A stretch of 5,386 bases of DNA, taken from the NCBI GenBank assembly GCA_964522265.1, contig CAZFVS010000075.1, positions 1-5,386 of the forward strand, given 5' to 3'. Shown here piece after piece: positions 5,307 through 5,386 of this stretch (within the stretch, counting starts at the first letter, position 1; each line of letters opens with the position of its first letter). The position numbers and the translations under genes were made by a program. Below the pieces are notes generated by a model, which saw nothing but the letters and a program-made list of their open reading frames with translations, was not told where the DNA came from and made no database searches. The stretch comes from an uncultured Gammaproteobacteria bacterium (GTDB lineage Bacteria > Patescibacteriota > Microgenomatia > Daviesbacterales > UBA10151).

Positions 5307-5386
5307 CAACTGTTTGCTTGTGGCATTTCCAATTCAGAGTTTGGTGCAAAACCACAATTAGATCACCCCAGCAATCCATAACTTTC

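Noticed and set aside
5310-5386. Possible small RNA, tRNA or gene end at the right edge of the window
   Set aside because: Only a 4-bp stem (TGGT-GCAAA-ACCA, 5342..5354) is present. There is no cloverleaf or conserved tRNA boxes, and the sequence is too short to judge.

Overview
The window holds a conserved nusA-infB pair on the + strand, followed by an accessory stretch. It probably comes from a reduced-genome bacterium (inference only). NusA (129..1382) has the usual NTD-S1-KH1-KH2 core plus an 89-aa Lys/Glu-rich tail. IF-2 is minimal, about 500 aa, and starts directly at the GTPase domain. The usual neighbours are absent from the window: no rimP upstream, no ylxR/ylxQ between the two genes, no rbfA/truB downstream. 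The main signal is at the 3' end of infB. A perfect 37-bp direct repeat (2920..2956 and 3839..3875, offset 919 bp) brackets an AT-rich two-gene cassette. The cassette encodes a very basic 66-aa protein that overlaps an AbiEii/DUF1814-type nucleotidyltransferase toxin homologue of 218 aa. The right-hand repeat continues into a displaced second copy of the IF-2 C-terminus (VDFQIGDLVQSFRTL*), while the copy in use ends SFRIL*. This looks like a tiny integrase-less element inserted into the end of an essential gene, with the gene end rebuilt by the element. Downstream lie an unrecognisable 164-aa ORF and, converging on it with only 6 bp between stop codons, an endonuclease/exonuclease/phosphatase (EEP) family protein with intact catalytic motifs. 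Two genes show TATAAT-N6-ATG, which suggests leaderless transcripts. I saw no rRNA, tRNA or CRISPR array.
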